From assembly GCA_963809215.1 (NCBI GenBank), contig CAWEIJ010000002.1, forward strand, positions 1,492,201 to 1,556,200: a stretch of 64,000 nt of DNA, given 5' to 3'. A program made the translations under genes and the position numbers. The notes beneath the pieces were generated by a model, which saw nothing but the letters and a program-made list of their open reading frames with translations, was not told the DNA's origin and did not search any database. Source of the DNA: an uncultured Chloroflexia bacterium (GTDB taxonomy: Bacteria; Chloroflexota; Limnocylindria; Limnocylindrales; CSP1-4). This document shows positions 32,601 through 47,223 of the stretch, piece by piece (the stretch's first letter is position 1; each line of letters starts with the position of its first letter).

Positions 32601-32683
32601 TCGATGTCCGACATCGGTCCTGCGCCGGTGGCTTCGGCGAGCTCCCGCCGCCAGCCGCTGACCTTTGCCCGGGCGTCGCCGGC

Positions 32684-33067
32684 TCAGTCGTCGTCGTCGA
32701 GATCGGCCGGATCGTCCTCGTCCGCCCCGTCGACGGCGAGGTCCGCCACGCCGGCCAGCTCCGAGTCGACGCGCCGCCAGGCGCTCTCCAGCCACGCCCG
32801 TGCGCGGTCGCGAGCGTGCCCGTCGAGCTGCCGGGGCGCGAAGCGGACCCAGCCGGCCCCTCGCGTCGATGCCGTGACGTTCGGCGTGCGCAACGCCGCG
32901 GCGCCGACCTCGTCGCGGAGGCGGAACTCGGCCGCGTCGCCGGCGAGCGACGCGAACAGGACGTCGTCGAGGTAGAAGTCGGTCCCCTCTCCCGTCGGGA
33001 TCGCCTCGGCGCCCTCCAGCCGTTCCGCCGCCTCGGCGAGGAGCGCCGCGAGCGTCTGCGCCGTCAA
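32684..33067 (-). CDS. hypothetical protein with poly-acidic C-terminus
   Basis: TTG at 33067 overlaps the upstream stop (TTGA). 127 aa ending ...DGADEDDPADLDDDD. GC3 is high and no recognisable motif was seen. Confidence 0.45.
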   Translation of the reverse strand: MTAQTLAALLAEAAERLEGAEAIPTGEGTDFYLDDVLFASLAGDAAEFRLRDEVGAAALRTPNVTASTRGAGWVRFAPRQLDGHARDRARAWLESAWRRVDSELAGVADLAVDGADEDDPADLDDDD

Positions 33068-33540
33068 CCTGCCGCGGCGAGGATCACGGCGAGGTCCGGC
33101 GCGTGGTCCGTGTAGTGGTCGATGGTCTCGCCTGCGAAGAACGCCTGGAGGTCGCCGTTCTTGAGCCAGCGGGCCTCGGGCACGACCGTCAGGTGGCCCC
33201 GCAGCTCTCCCGGGACCGTGCGTGCGCGGCGGAGCAGCTCCTCGAGGGGCAGCGCACGCCACGTGGCAACGGCCTCGTCGTTGATCGCGTCGCCCCGGGC
33301 ATCCCACTCGGCTTCCCCACGCAGGTACGTGGCGCTGGCCTCGCCGACGGCAAGCTCGCGTGCCACGGCAAGCGCGTGCTCCTGCCAGAACACGAGGTGG
33401 CCAAGGAGGTCGCGGCCGGACCACCGGTCCGGACCTGCCACCGGTGCCTCGAGCTTGTCGGCCGTCAGGGCGAAGAGGTCCTCGTAAGGGCGCCAGGCGT
33501 CCCGTTCGTCCTCGAGGAAGGAGAGCGCATCCGCATACAT
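33064..33540 (-). CDS. DinB-like / mycothiol-dependent maleylpyruvate-isomerase N-terminal-domain family protein
   Basis: ATG 33540 (MYADALSFLEDERDAW...). Has LLGHLVFWQEHAL and DHYTDH histidine-containing helices typical of DinB-fold proteins. The rest of the 648-aa track ORF is shadow of the mutase gene. Confidence 0.6.
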   Translation of the reverse strand: MYADALSFLEDERDAWRPYEDLFALTADKLEAPVAGPDRWSGRDLLGHLVFWQEHALAVARELAVGEASATYLRGEAEWDARGDAINDEAVATWRALPLEELLRRARTVPGELRGHLTVVPEARWLKNGDLQAFFAGETIDHYTDHAPDLAVILAAAG

Positions 33541-33728
33541 GCCCAGATGGTATCTCGCCGGGCGCGGCATGCACGACGGGCTGCACGACGGGCCGGTGTC
33601 CGGACGATTCCGTGGGTCGCCCCGCGTTGAGCCGATGGTCAGCTCGGCGCGGTCCCCGGGCGTCCCCAAACCGGGTCGCGTCGGCTCCCGGCCGTGGAGA
33701 CGCCGGTCGTCGCGTCGGGCGATCGGCG

Positions 33729-35519
<1,791 letters not shown>

Positions 35520-35679
35520 GCGCGGGATGCTAGCGGTGCCCGCGACAGGCGTCCACGGCGGTCGTCCACGGCGGAAGCCGGCGGGCGCGGGTTCCGCAGG
35601 CCGCCGCCCCGCCAGCGAGGCCCGCGAAGGACCGGCGCCGGCGGCCAGCGCATCTCGACGCCGGCGAAGCCTTCCGGAA

Positions 35680-36282
35680 TCAGCCGAGCGCGGAAATCGC
35701 CGACTGGACCTTCGCCTCCGGGACGTCGGCGGCGATCACGACCTGGACCACGCTCCCGTCGGCGGAGGGCCACACGACGATCGCCTGGTGCGAGTCTCCG
35801 TTGAGGAGGTTGATCCGGAATCCGGGCCGGCCGTTGACCTGCTCGTTCGTCGCGGAAACCACCGTGACCCGCTGCGTCGCGTCGGCCCCGGACTTGTACT
35901 CGTCCGCCATGAGCTGGGCGCTCAGGCCCGGCGCCCGGAACACCGAGAGCTGGAGTCCGGCCAGGGAGGTGCCCCCGCCCGGCTCCACGGCCCAGATCCC
36001 GCCGCCGAACTGCTCTTCGTGGACGCCCGCGTCCCACAGCTTCCCGAGCGTCACCTTCGAGCAGAATCGTCCGGACTCGCGGCTGTCGGCCGCCTGGCCG
36101 TCGAGGCGGAGCGGGATGCGCGCCTCGAGGTCCGGGTAGGCTCCTGCCATCTCCTGGCGGTCGGCGCCGCCGCATGGCGCGGCCGGGTCGAACGATGGCG
36201 CTGCCGGCGGACCGGCGCAGGCGCCGACGAGGGTGGCGGCAATGACGAGCAGGAGACCTCCGCGTGCGACGAGGGTGAACAT
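35680..36282 (-). CDS. putative lipoprotein
   Basis: Signal peptide with a lipobox-like LVGAC ([22 protein letters not shown]). 200 aa with no known motif. Confidence 0.6.
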   Translation of the reverse strand: MFTLVARGGLLLVIAATLVGACAGPPAAPSFDPAAPCGGADRQEMAGAYPDLEARIPLRLDGQAADSRESGRFCSKVTLGKLWDAGVHEEQFGGGIWAVEPGGGTSLAGLQLSVFRAPGLSAQLMADEYKSGADATQRVTVVSATNEQVNGRPGFRINLLNGDSHQAIVVWPSADGSVVQVVIAADVPEAKVQSAISALG

Positions 36283-36688
36283 TCGGTCAGCCTACGCGCC
36301 GCCGCCGGCGCCTGCCGCCCCATCGATCGCACCCGGCCCCCGGCAGGAGACACTCCATCCGGTGCGGGCGGTCACCTGGTACGTCGGTCCGGGACCGGTG
36401 CGTGCACGCCTCCGACCTTTTCAGTCCCCCTGACCCGGACCGACGACTGATTGCCGAGCGCGGCCGATCGGCCTACCTTCCGAGATGCAGCCGTCGGCGC
36501 GAGCAACCGGGACAACCTGGGGCGTCGGCCACGGCCCGGAGCGCCGGGACACACCGATCTTCGAGGACGCTGCGGGGAGCGTCATTGGGTGGCCCCTGGG
36601 GCTCCGGGCACGAGCCGAGTAACCATGGATCTCCGGCCAGCAGGCCCGGTCCGCGGCGGTGGCTGTCGCAATCATCCGGGTCGCGGAC

Positions 36689-37633
36689 CTATCCCGTGGA
36701 CCCTCTCGTGACTGCCTCGCGGGGACGCCGGCCGGCGTCCCCGTCCTCGTTCTCCCCCGGCGCAGTCGCCGCATCCGCGCTGCCCGAGGCGCCAGGCGAG
36801 GTGGCGACATCGTCAGCGGCATCGGCCCTGTCCCCGGCGCTGCGCCCGTCAGCGGCGTCGGCCCTGTCCGCGGCGCTGCGCCCGTCGGCGGCGTCGAGCT
36901 CGTCGGCGTGGCCGTCGGGGCCCCCGTCGTCGACGGACCAGCGACGGGCGCGCTGGTCCAGGATCACCCGAGCGGCCGCAACGAGATCCGGGTCGCGGGT
37001 GATCGTCCGCTCGAGCCACTCGAGGTAGGAGGGCTCCGCGACTTCGATCTCCCCGAGGGTGTGCCCATGGAACTTGCCGAAGGCGATCTCGGTCGCCCGC
37101 GCCGCACCCAGGCTGGGCAGCGCACGGTGTGGTCCGCGCCGCGCACGAACGCGCTGCAGCGGCCCGGTCGGGTCCGACGCTCGCGGCTCCTCCGCCTGGC
37201 CCCAGGTCGCCCGCCGGAACGCGCCCGCGGGCCGGGGCCGGTGCCGGTACCCACCACCCGCGGGGGTCGTCGTCGCATTGCGCGGCCGGAAGAGGTGCGT
37301 GGTGTCAAACCGCGCGGTGACCGGCCGGGTTGGCGGCGGTGGTGGTGGGCCGCTGGGCCGCGCCGCATCGCCCGCTGCCGCGCCGTGACCCTGGCCGCCG
37401 GCCGACGCCGCGGCGTCCCCACGCGGTGCCGCCCGTCCAGCGCTGCCCGAGCGCAGCGCCTGGTACGCGGCGTTGATCTCTGCCATGCGACGCGTGGCGT
37501 CCCGGCGCGCGACGGCGTCGGCCGCGAGGTCGGGATGGTGCTCGCGGGCCAGGCGTCGCCACGCCGCCTTCACGGTGGCCTGGCTGGCGTCCCGGTCGAC
37601 CCCGAGCACCTCGTGGGGGTCGCGTTGGGCCAT
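36689..37633 (-). CDS. J-domain protein with ExoX-C-terminal/DUF3820-like motif and repetitive acidic tail
   Basis: N-terminal J domain (DPHEVLGVDRDASQATVKAAWRRLAREHHPD), a central Pro/Arg-rich linker, FGKFHGHTLGEIEVAEPSYLEWL, then a DAADGRSAxDRA repeat. Confidence 0.75.
   Translation of the reverse strand: MAQRDPHEVLGVDRDASQATVKAAWRRLAREHHPDLAADAVARRDATRRMAEINAAYQALRSGSAGRAAPRGDAAASAGGQGHGAAAGDAARPSGPPPPPPTRPVTARFDTTHLFRPRNATTTPAGGGYRHRPRPAGAFRRATWGQAEEPRASDPTGPLQRVRARRGPHRALPSLGAARATEIAFGKFHGHTLGEIEVAEPSYLEWLERTITRDPDLVAAARVILDQRARRWSVDDGGPDGHADELDAADGRSAADRADAADGRSAGDRADAADDVATSPGASGSADAATAPGENEDGDAGRRPREAVTRGSTG
36814..36897. repeat. 36-bp tandem repeat x2.3 inside the J-domain protein gene
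   Basis: CAGCGGCATCGGCCCTGTCCCCGGCGCTGCGCCCGT (36814-36849) is repeated with 2 mismatches at 36850-36885, with a partial third copy. It encodes DAADGRSA(A/G)DRA. Confidence 0.9.
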
Positions 37634-37791
37634 CCCATCATCCTAGCGGAGCGGGGCGGTACGCTTCCCACCATGGGACCGGACCGGGAAGGCGCTCGTG
37701 GCCCCGGGCGCCGCGGCCGTCGCACCGTCGGCCGCGGCCCGTCGCATCGACGATCGAGAATCGGCGCAGGAACCCTGGTGGAGGCATGTGC

Positions 37792-38325
37792 ATGGAACCG
37801 GCTCTCGGCACCTGGGAGGCGATCGATTCGCTGCGGGTCGTCCGCAGGTTCACGGGCCAGCCGCTCGATCCCGCGGCGGTCGACCGAATCCTCAATGCCG
37901 GCCGCCGGGCCGGCAGCTCCAAGAATGAGCAGCGGTGGGCGTTCGTGGTCTGCCGTGATCGCGAGCACCTGCGCGAGCTCGCGACCGTCGGGCCGTATGC
38001 CGGGCACCTCGCCGGGGCGACGGTCGCGATCGCGCTGGTGACCCCCGACCCGCGCGCAACCGGCGCGCCCCTCTCGATCGCGTTCGACCTCGGCCGAGCC
38101 GCGCAGAACATGGTGCTCGCCGCGTGGGAGCTCGGGATCGGCAGCGTCCCGGCGACGGTCTACGAACACGAGCGCGCGGCCGGGCTGCTGGGCCTGCCCG
38201 AGGGCATGCACTGCGAGTACCTGCTCTCGTTCGGCTACCCGGCCGACGAGGCGGCCCTCACGGCGCCGAAGCGGGCCGGAGGCCGTCGACCGCTGGCGGC
38301 GCTGGTGCACCAGGAGCGCTGGTAG
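37792..38325 (+). CDS. nitroreductase-family protein
   Basis: SLRVVRRFTGQPLDPAAVDRILNAGRRAGSSKNEQRW and AAQNMVLAAWELGIGS blocks. The second ATG (37792) is 7 nt after GGTGGAGG; the first ATG is at 37786. Confidence 0.8.
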   Translation: MEPALGTWEAIDSLRVVRRFTGQPLDPAAVDRILNAGRRAGSSKNEQRWAFVVCRDREHLRELATVGPYAGHLAGATVAIALVTPDPRATGAPLSIAFDLGRAAQNMVLAAWELGIGSVPATVYEHERAAGLLGLPEGMHCEYLLSFGYPADEAALTAPKRAGGRRPLAALVHQERW

Positions 38326-38334
38326 GCCGCGCGG

Positions 38335-39644
38335 CTATCCGGGCAGCGGAGCGCGGACCTCCGACGGCGTGCCGCCGGCCCACATGTTCTCCGGGTCGGC
38401 GGCGTCGAGATCGAGGCCGGGGCCGCCGCTCGCCACCTCCGGCGCCGGCGCGCCCGCGGCCACGTACGACGCGAATGCGGTCTCGAGGCCGACGTCCCGC
38501 CAGGCCCGCTCGGAGAGCAGCCACTTGTGCTCCAGCAGGTCGCAGTAGGCCTGGAGCGGGTCGCGGCCGGGCCCGATGACCGTCTCGAGCCGCGCCAGGT
38601 ATGGCTCCAGCACCTCGTCCTGCCAGCGGGCCGCGCCCTCCGCTGACGAGACGGGCCGCCGCTCGAAGAACGTCAGCCAGGCGCGGTACTCGCGAAGATC
38701 GTTGAGCAGCAGGCGAGCCTGGCCCTCGAGCGCCACGAGCCCCGTCCGGCGGTCGAGCTCGCGGGCGTGGAAGTCGCGCTGGGCCACGGCCGTTCGAAGA
38801 CGGACAGTTCCGCCGGCGCCGGGCAGGAGCTCGATCTCGCCGATCGCGAAGCCGAGGTCGTTGAGGCGCCGGATGTGGGCCTGGATCGCGAACCGATCGC
38901 CGGCCTGGATCTCGACCTGGTCGTGGAGCTCCTTCCACAGGGCCCGGTAGCGCTGTCGCACCGATTCCGCGGCGGCGATCTGCTCGTCCATCGCCTCGGG
39001 GTGACCCTGGAAGGCCGCCAGGTCCGCGAGGCCGAATGCGACGTTCTCGACGAGGACATCGAGGTCGTAGGCGCGCTGGCCGTCCGACAGCTCGCCATAT
39101 GTCTCGCTGGTCTCGGCATCCACAAGGTAGGCCTGGATCGTCCCGCCATCGCGCCGGAACAGCGTGTTCGCGAGCGAACAGTCACCCCAGTAGACGCCGG
39201 CGCGGTGGAGGTCGACCAGCAGCGACGCCATCGCGTCGAGGAGACGGTCACGGTAGCCGCCGGCCGTCAGCGGAACCCGCATCAGGAGCCGTCGATACTG
39301 GAGCGAGTGCTGGAGGTATTCGGTCACGAGGATCGCGGTGTCGTCGCCCAGCTGCTCCGCGATCCCGATCGCCCGGACGGACGGCAGCGCGAGCGTCTCG
39401 AGGCGGACCAGGACCTCGTACTCGTGATGCGCCGTGTCGATCGATTCCTCTTTCAGGGCATACACGGTCTCGTCGATGACGACGAAGCGCACGAGGTGCC
39501 GCGAAGGGCCGACCGGGAGCGCCCGCATGACCGCGCGATCGGCCCGCCAACGTTCCAGCGGCAGCTCCCACGGCAGCGCCAGGAGCTGCTCCGAGGCGAC
39601 TCGGAGGCGGAGGTGCGGGAAGGATCCGCCCGGGGGCGTGCTCA
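38335..39644 (-). CDS. DUF4032 / lipopolysaccharide-kinase-like (RIO/Kdo kinase fold) protein
   Basis: LPWELPLERW, HEYEVLVRLE, ILVTEYL, LHRAGVYWGDCSLANTLF and LVDAETSE match the kinase-like core, followed by the DUF4032-type C-terminal half. No ATG/GTG/TTG is near the conserved N-terminus. CTG 39644 overlaps the GNAT stop (CTGA). Confidence 0.7.
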
Positions 39645-40082
39645 GCGCCGCTTCCGGAGGTAGCTCGTGAGCGAGGCGTCGTAGCCGGCGGCTTCGAACA
39701 GGCGCCGGGCGCCCGGCCGGTGGTGACCGGCGGTCACCTCGAGGAACGCTGCATCGATCCCCTCGGCGATCGTCTCCGCCTCCGCCAACAGCGCGGCCCC
39801 GACGCCGCGACCGCGGACGCCCGGGTCCACCACCAACGCCATCACTCGCAGCATGTGGTCGTCGTGCTCGAAGCGGGGGATCACCTGGCAGGCCACGAAA
39901 CCGGCGCGTTCGCCGCCCGCCTCGGCGATCCGGACCGGGCATTCACGCTCGACGTAGCGCTCGAGGCGCCGCACGATGTCGGTCGCGCCCGCCGGGTATC
40001 CCTCGTCGGAGAGCAGGCCCGCGATCCACTCGGCGTCGTCCGGGCCGGCGTCCCGGAAGGTGAGCGTGGCGCGTTCGATCAT
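39642..40082 (-). CDS. GNAT-family N-acetyltransferase
   Basis: ATG 40082 (MIERATLTFRDAGPDD...). Acetyl-CoA motif VVDPGVRGRGVGAALL. 146 aa. Confidence 0.8.
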   Translation of the reverse strand: MIERATLTFRDAGPDDAEWIAGLLSDEGYPAGATDIVRRLERYVERECPVRIAEAGGERAGFVACQVIPRFEHDDHMLRVMALVVDPGVRGRGVGAALLAEAETIAEGIDAAFLEVTAGHHRPGARRLFEAAGYDASLTSYLRKRR

Positions 40083-40177
40083 GGCCCGATGGTACCGCGT
40101 CGGGCGGGCCGAGGCGCCGCCATGGCGAGGCCGGCCGGGTCGGCCGGGCGCCCGCCCATCCCGAGGATCCGGGCCGA

Positions 40178-40894
40178 TCACCCTGCCCCGCCGCCCGTGA
40201 CCAGGATCAGGCTCGGGCTCGAGCCCGCCAACCCCACGATCGCCCATCCAGGGCCGAAGGGCCCGGTCCCTGCCGCCAGCCGGAGGCCGAGCGGCGCGAG
40301 GCGCGCCGAGATCGCGGCGATGTCAGTCCCGCGAACCCGGAGATACAGGACCGACGGACCTTCGCCGTGGCGCGCCAGCGAGGCCGCGAGCCTGCCTTCG
40401 CTGTCGGGCTCCAGGAGCACGATGGTGATGGCATCCTCGGGCGCGCCGTGGCTCGGTGCGCCGGCACGGCCAACCAGGGCGGTGGCCCCGATCAGCGCGT
40501 CGCGGGATGCCGCGTGCCAGCGAACGCCGGGCCAGGTCGCCGCGGACCGCTCGAGGTCGACGGTCGCCCAACCCAGCGCAAGAAACGCTGCCGTTGACCT
40601 CGCCTGGACGGAGATGCCGGCCGCCGCATCGGCTTCGACGCCCGCTCCTGCCGCCAGGTCCACCTCGGCGCCCAGCCTGGCGCCCGGGAATTCCGGGCTG
40701 GCTCGAGAGATGCCCACCAGCTCCAGCCGCCCGCGCGGGGCGCCCGCGATGGTCCCGACGATCTCGAGTCGCAGCCCGGGGAGCTCGATGGACCCCGAGG
40801 CCGGGATGTCGACGCCGAGGAGTGCCGCGACGGCCGCTCGGTCACGCGCCACCTCCGTCGCGGTCCACCTGATCGCCAGTCGGACGGCCGTCAT
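40178..40894 (-). CDS. glyoxalase/VOC-like domain protein
   Basis: 238 aa. ITIVLLEPDSEGRLAASLARHGEGPSVLYLRV resembles VOC beta-alpha-beta-beta-beta modules. Otherwise uncharacterised. Confidence 0.45.
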   Translation of the reverse strand: MTAVRLAIRWTATEVARDRAAVAALLGVDIPASGSIELPGLRLEIVGTIAGAPRGRLELVGISRASPEFPGARLGAEVDLAAGAGVEADAAAGISVQARSTAAFLALGWATVDLERSAATWPGVRWHAASRDALIGATALVGRAGAPSHGAPEDAITIVLLEPDSEGRLAASLARHGEGPSVLYLRVRGTDIAAISARLAPLGLRLAAGTGPFGPGWAIVGLAGSSPSLILVTGGGAG

Positions 40895-41011
40895 CGGGAT
40901 GCCCGGAGAACCGGCGGGTGGGTGGCCGGCGTAACGGGACGCAGGACGAGCGCCTGCGGCCGCCGGACGGTTGGCAGGCCACCCGCTCCTGCCGAACCGA
41001 AAGGAAGATCC

Positions 41012-41431
41012 ATGCGTCGTGCCTCGATCATCGGCCTCGTGCTCGCCGCCAGCCTCGCGCTCGCCGCCTGTGGGAGCTCATCGAGCCCTGCGGCCGCACC
41101 CTCGAGTCCGGCGGCAAGCGCGGCCCAAGGCAGCGCCGCGGCCGGCGCGCCAACGAACGCGGCGGCCAGCCCCGCGGCGAGCACCGGGAGTGCCATCACA
41201 ATCCAGAACTTCGCGTTCGCGCCGGTCAGCCTGACGGTGAAGGCCGGCACGACGGTGACCTGGACCAACAGTGACGGTCCCACGCACAGCGTGAAATGGG
41301 CGGACGGCACGGCCGGCAGCTCCCCGCTCCCGACGGGATCCTCGTACTCCCGGACGTTCGCCACCCCGGGCACGTACGCGTACGTCTGCGGGATCCACGC
41401 GAGCATGCACGGCACGATCGTCGTCAACTAG
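41012..41431 (+). CDS. cupredoxin (plastocyanin/pseudoazurin-like blue copper) lipoprotein
   Basis: ATG 41012 after AAAGGAAG. Lipoprotein signal LVLAASLALAAC. Type-1 Cu ligands lie in GPTHSV and YAYVCGIHASMHG (H, C, H, M). Confidence 0.8.
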   Translation: MRRASIIGLVLAASLALAACGSSSSPAAAPSSPAASAAQGSAAAGAPTNAAASPAASTGSAITIQNFAFAPVSLTVKAGTTVTWTNSDGPTHSVKWADGTAGSSPLPTGSSYSRTFATPGTYAYVCGIHASMHGTIVVN

Positions 41432-41491
41432 CCGGGGTTCTGTTGGTCCCGCGCCTGCCGTTGCCGAGCAGCGCCCACGCGAGCGTCGTGG

Positions 41492-42505
41492 TCAGGCGTC
41501 GCGCCTGACCACGAGGAGCGTCGCGTCCGACGGGAGCGGGATCGCTTCGGGCTCTGGGAGCCCGGCCGCACGGAAGAGCGCGGCGTGCTGCACGACCGTG
41601 CGCAGGCGTGCGCCGTGGAACAGCTCGTCGAGCGCGACGCCCGCCACGAGCTGCCCATGGAGCGTCGCGTATCCGTCCAGGCCGTCCGGCAGGCACCAGC
41701 CGAGGACGATGAGCCGGCCGCGCGGCCGGAGCATGCGCCACGCCGCCTGGAGCGCGACGACCGGGTCCGGCATCTCGTGCAGGGCGTGCTGGAAGTAGGC
41801 CAGGTCGAACGACCCGACCGACAGCTCCGCGTCCACCTCGCGGGCCTCGATCCGGATGCGGGACGCCAGGCCAGCTCGCTGCACGAGCTGGATAGCGCGG
41901 GTCACCGATTCGGTGTCCGGCTCCACGCCGACGAGTCGCGCCTTGGGGAATCGCCGCGCGATGGCCGCCATCCAGCGCCCGCCGCCGCAGTGCAGGTCGA
42001 CCACGTCGATCCCCCGAACCAGGTCGGCCACGAGGTCGGGCATGGCGGCCAGCGCCTCCTCGAAGAAGACGGCGATGTCCTGGCGCGTGAGCTCCTCGAT
42101 CGCGCGGTAGTAGCGCGCCGAACGCGAGCCGACGGCCACGCCCGTGCGCAGGTACTCGGCCATCCGGTCGTAGTCGAGGCTCGCCGTGACCGTGTACGTG
42201 AACTGTCCGCCCAGGTACTCGGTGTGATCCTTCTCGAGCAGGATCGTTGCCACGTCGGGGTCCACCGTGACTCGCGACCCGTCGTCGGTGATGAGGTCCG
42301 CCGCGTAGGCGGCATCACACCAGGCCGAGACTGGCTCGCCGGCGGCGTTCGCGGCGAGCGCGAGCCCGACCCGCGTCAGGCCGCCCGGCCCGGCCTCCCG
42401 GAGCCGGGAGAAGAGGCCGAGCTCGATCCCGAGCTGGATGACCCAGGCGCGGTAGAAGCCGGCCAGGCTGGCGACCAGATCGTCGAATCGGTCATCGATC
42501 GGCAT
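41492..42505 (-). CDS. class I SAM-dependent methyltransferase with N-terminal winged-helix dimerisation domain (O-methyltransferase-like)
   Basis: SAM motif I VVDLHCGGGRW followed by LVGVEPD. N-terminal wHTH-like segment. 337 aa. Confidence 0.75.
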   Translation of the reverse strand: MPIDDRFDDLVASLAGFYRAWVIQLGIELGLFSRLREAGPGGLTRVGLALAANAAGEPVSAWCDAAYAADLITDDGSRVTVDPDVATILLEKDHTEYLGGQFTYTVTASLDYDRMAEYLRTGVAVGSRSARYYRAIEELTRQDIAVFFEEALAAMPDLVADLVRGIDVVDLHCGGGRWMAAIARRFPKARLVGVEPDTESVTRAIQLVQRAGLASRIRIEAREVDAELSVGSFDLAYFQHALHEMPDPVVALQAAWRMLRPRGRLIVLGWCLPDGLDGYATLHGQLVAGVALDELFHGARLRTVVQHAALFRAAGLPEPEAIPLPSDATLLVVRRDA

Positions 42506-42632
42506 CGTCCGCCGATTGTCGCATGCTCGGCCGGCCCGGAGACGAGCACGGCGCCACCGGCGGGAGAACAGGAGCCGCCGCGACCGCCGGGATCCGCGAG
42601 CGGGAGCGCAGGCTGGCTGCCATCCTTTCCGG

Positions 42633-43589
42633 ATGGCAGCCGTCGCTCACCGAACCCTCGGCGCGCCCGGCGCCCAGGTCGCGCTGGCCCTGGGTGCCCT
42701 GTACGTGGTCTGGGGCTCCACGTACCTCGCGATCCGGGTCGCGGTCGGCACGATCCCGCCCTTCACCCAGAGCTCGATCCGGTTCCTGATCGCGGGCACG
42801 ATCCTCCTCCTGGTCACGTCACGCGGCAGCGCCGGGGAGCCGCGACCGGGACGGCGCGAGTGGCGGGATGCGGCGATCATCGGTGGGTTCCTCCTCGTGG
42901 GCGGGAACGGCCTCGTGGCGCTCGGCGAGACCACGGTGGCGTCCGGGATCGCGGCCCTCCTCATCGCGACGCTCCCGGTGTGGGTCGCGATCCTCGGCCG
43001 GCTCTTCTTCGACCTGCGCCTGTCACGCTCGACGGTCGTCGGGATCGGCCTGGGGTTCGCCGGCGTCGGCGTGCTCGTGTGGCCATCCGGCGGGAGCACG
43101 ACGGTCGATCTCACCGGGGCGCTGATCCTGCTCGGCTCGCCCGTGCTGTGGGCGATCGGCTCGCTCTACAGCGCCCGTGCCCACCTGCCCGCACGACCGC
43201 TCGTGGGGGTCGCGATGCAGATGCTGTGCGGCGGCGCGATGCTCGCCGTGGTTGCGCTCGTCAGCGGCGAACTCTCCCGGCTGAACCCCGCGGGCGTGAC
43301 CCGGGAGAGCCTGGCGGCCCTCGGCTATCTCGTCGCGGTCGGGTCGCTGATCGGTTTCACCGCGTACGCCTGGCTGCTGCGCGTCGCTCCCCTGCCGCTC
43401 GTCGCCACGTACGCCTACGTCAACCCGATCGTCGCGGTCGCGCTCGGCTCCTTGGTCCTGGGCGAGCCGGTGACGCCACGAACCCTCGTGGCCGGCGTGA
43501 TCATCATCGTGGCGGTCGCGATCATCGTCTGGACGCGTGGCCGCGGGCCCAGGCCGCCGCGACCCGAGGAAGTCGTCGAAGCGACCTGA
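42633..43589 (+). CDS. EamA/DMT-family permease
   Basis: ATG 42633. ALGALYVVWGSTYLAIRV, ten hydrophobic helices, and a second EamA half (AYVNPIVAVALGSLVLGEP). Confidence 0.8.
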   Translation: MAAVAHRTLGAPGAQVALALGALYVVWGSTYLAIRVAVGTIPPFTQSSIRFLIAGTILLLVTSRGSAGEPRPGRREWRDAAIIGGFLLVGGNGLVALGETTVASGIAALLIATLPVWVAILGRLFFDLRLSRSTVVGIGLGFAGVGVLVWPSGGSTTVDLTGALILLGSPVLWAIGSLYSARAHLPARPLVGVAMQMLCGGAMLAVVALVSGELSRLNPAGVTRESLAALGYLVAVGSLIGFTAYAWLLRVAPLPLVATYAYVNPIVAVALGSLVLGEPVTPRTLVAGVIIIVAVAIIVWTRGRGPRPPRPEEVVEAT

Positions 43590-43973
43590 CAGGAGGCAGC
43601 TGGTCGCGAGGCGGCCGAGCTGTGCGGCGCGACACGAGCTCGCCCTGGAGGCGGCAGGGCGGGTCCTTCCCGACACGCCCGGTCGATGCGACCGGGACGG
43701 CGCGATCGGGGAGACCCGGCCTCTCCCGAGATACCGACCGCCGGACGAGAATCGTCACGTTCACGCTCGGATGCGCGGCGAACGCGGGGTAGCCGCACCA
43801 TGACCCCCTGGGGCTCTGCGCGATCGACTGCGACGCCACGTGGGCTCAGTCGCGCAGCGCTACGCTGTGACACCCGGGCGGGCAGCGCGTGCCGCCCGCC
43901 CCTCTCCGGCGCCTCCGAGCGCGGCCGGAGCCCAAGCGGAGACCCGATCGTGACGAACGAATCTCTCCACACC

Positions 43974-47013
<3,040 letters not shown>

Positions 47014-47223
47014 GTTCGCACGGAGCGGACCGGACGGGGCCTCGCTCGCGTCGAACGTCGCGCCGGCGGTCGGGGGGCCTCACGCAGTGGGACGGGCCGG
47101 TGCCATCGACGCGACCTTCGGCACACCCGGGGCGCGGTCGCCGCCCGATATACTCGCCGGCAGGTCCGCCGCAGCCCGCCGATGTGACGCGGCCCGGCCG
47201 GCGACGTACCCGAGGACCCACCC

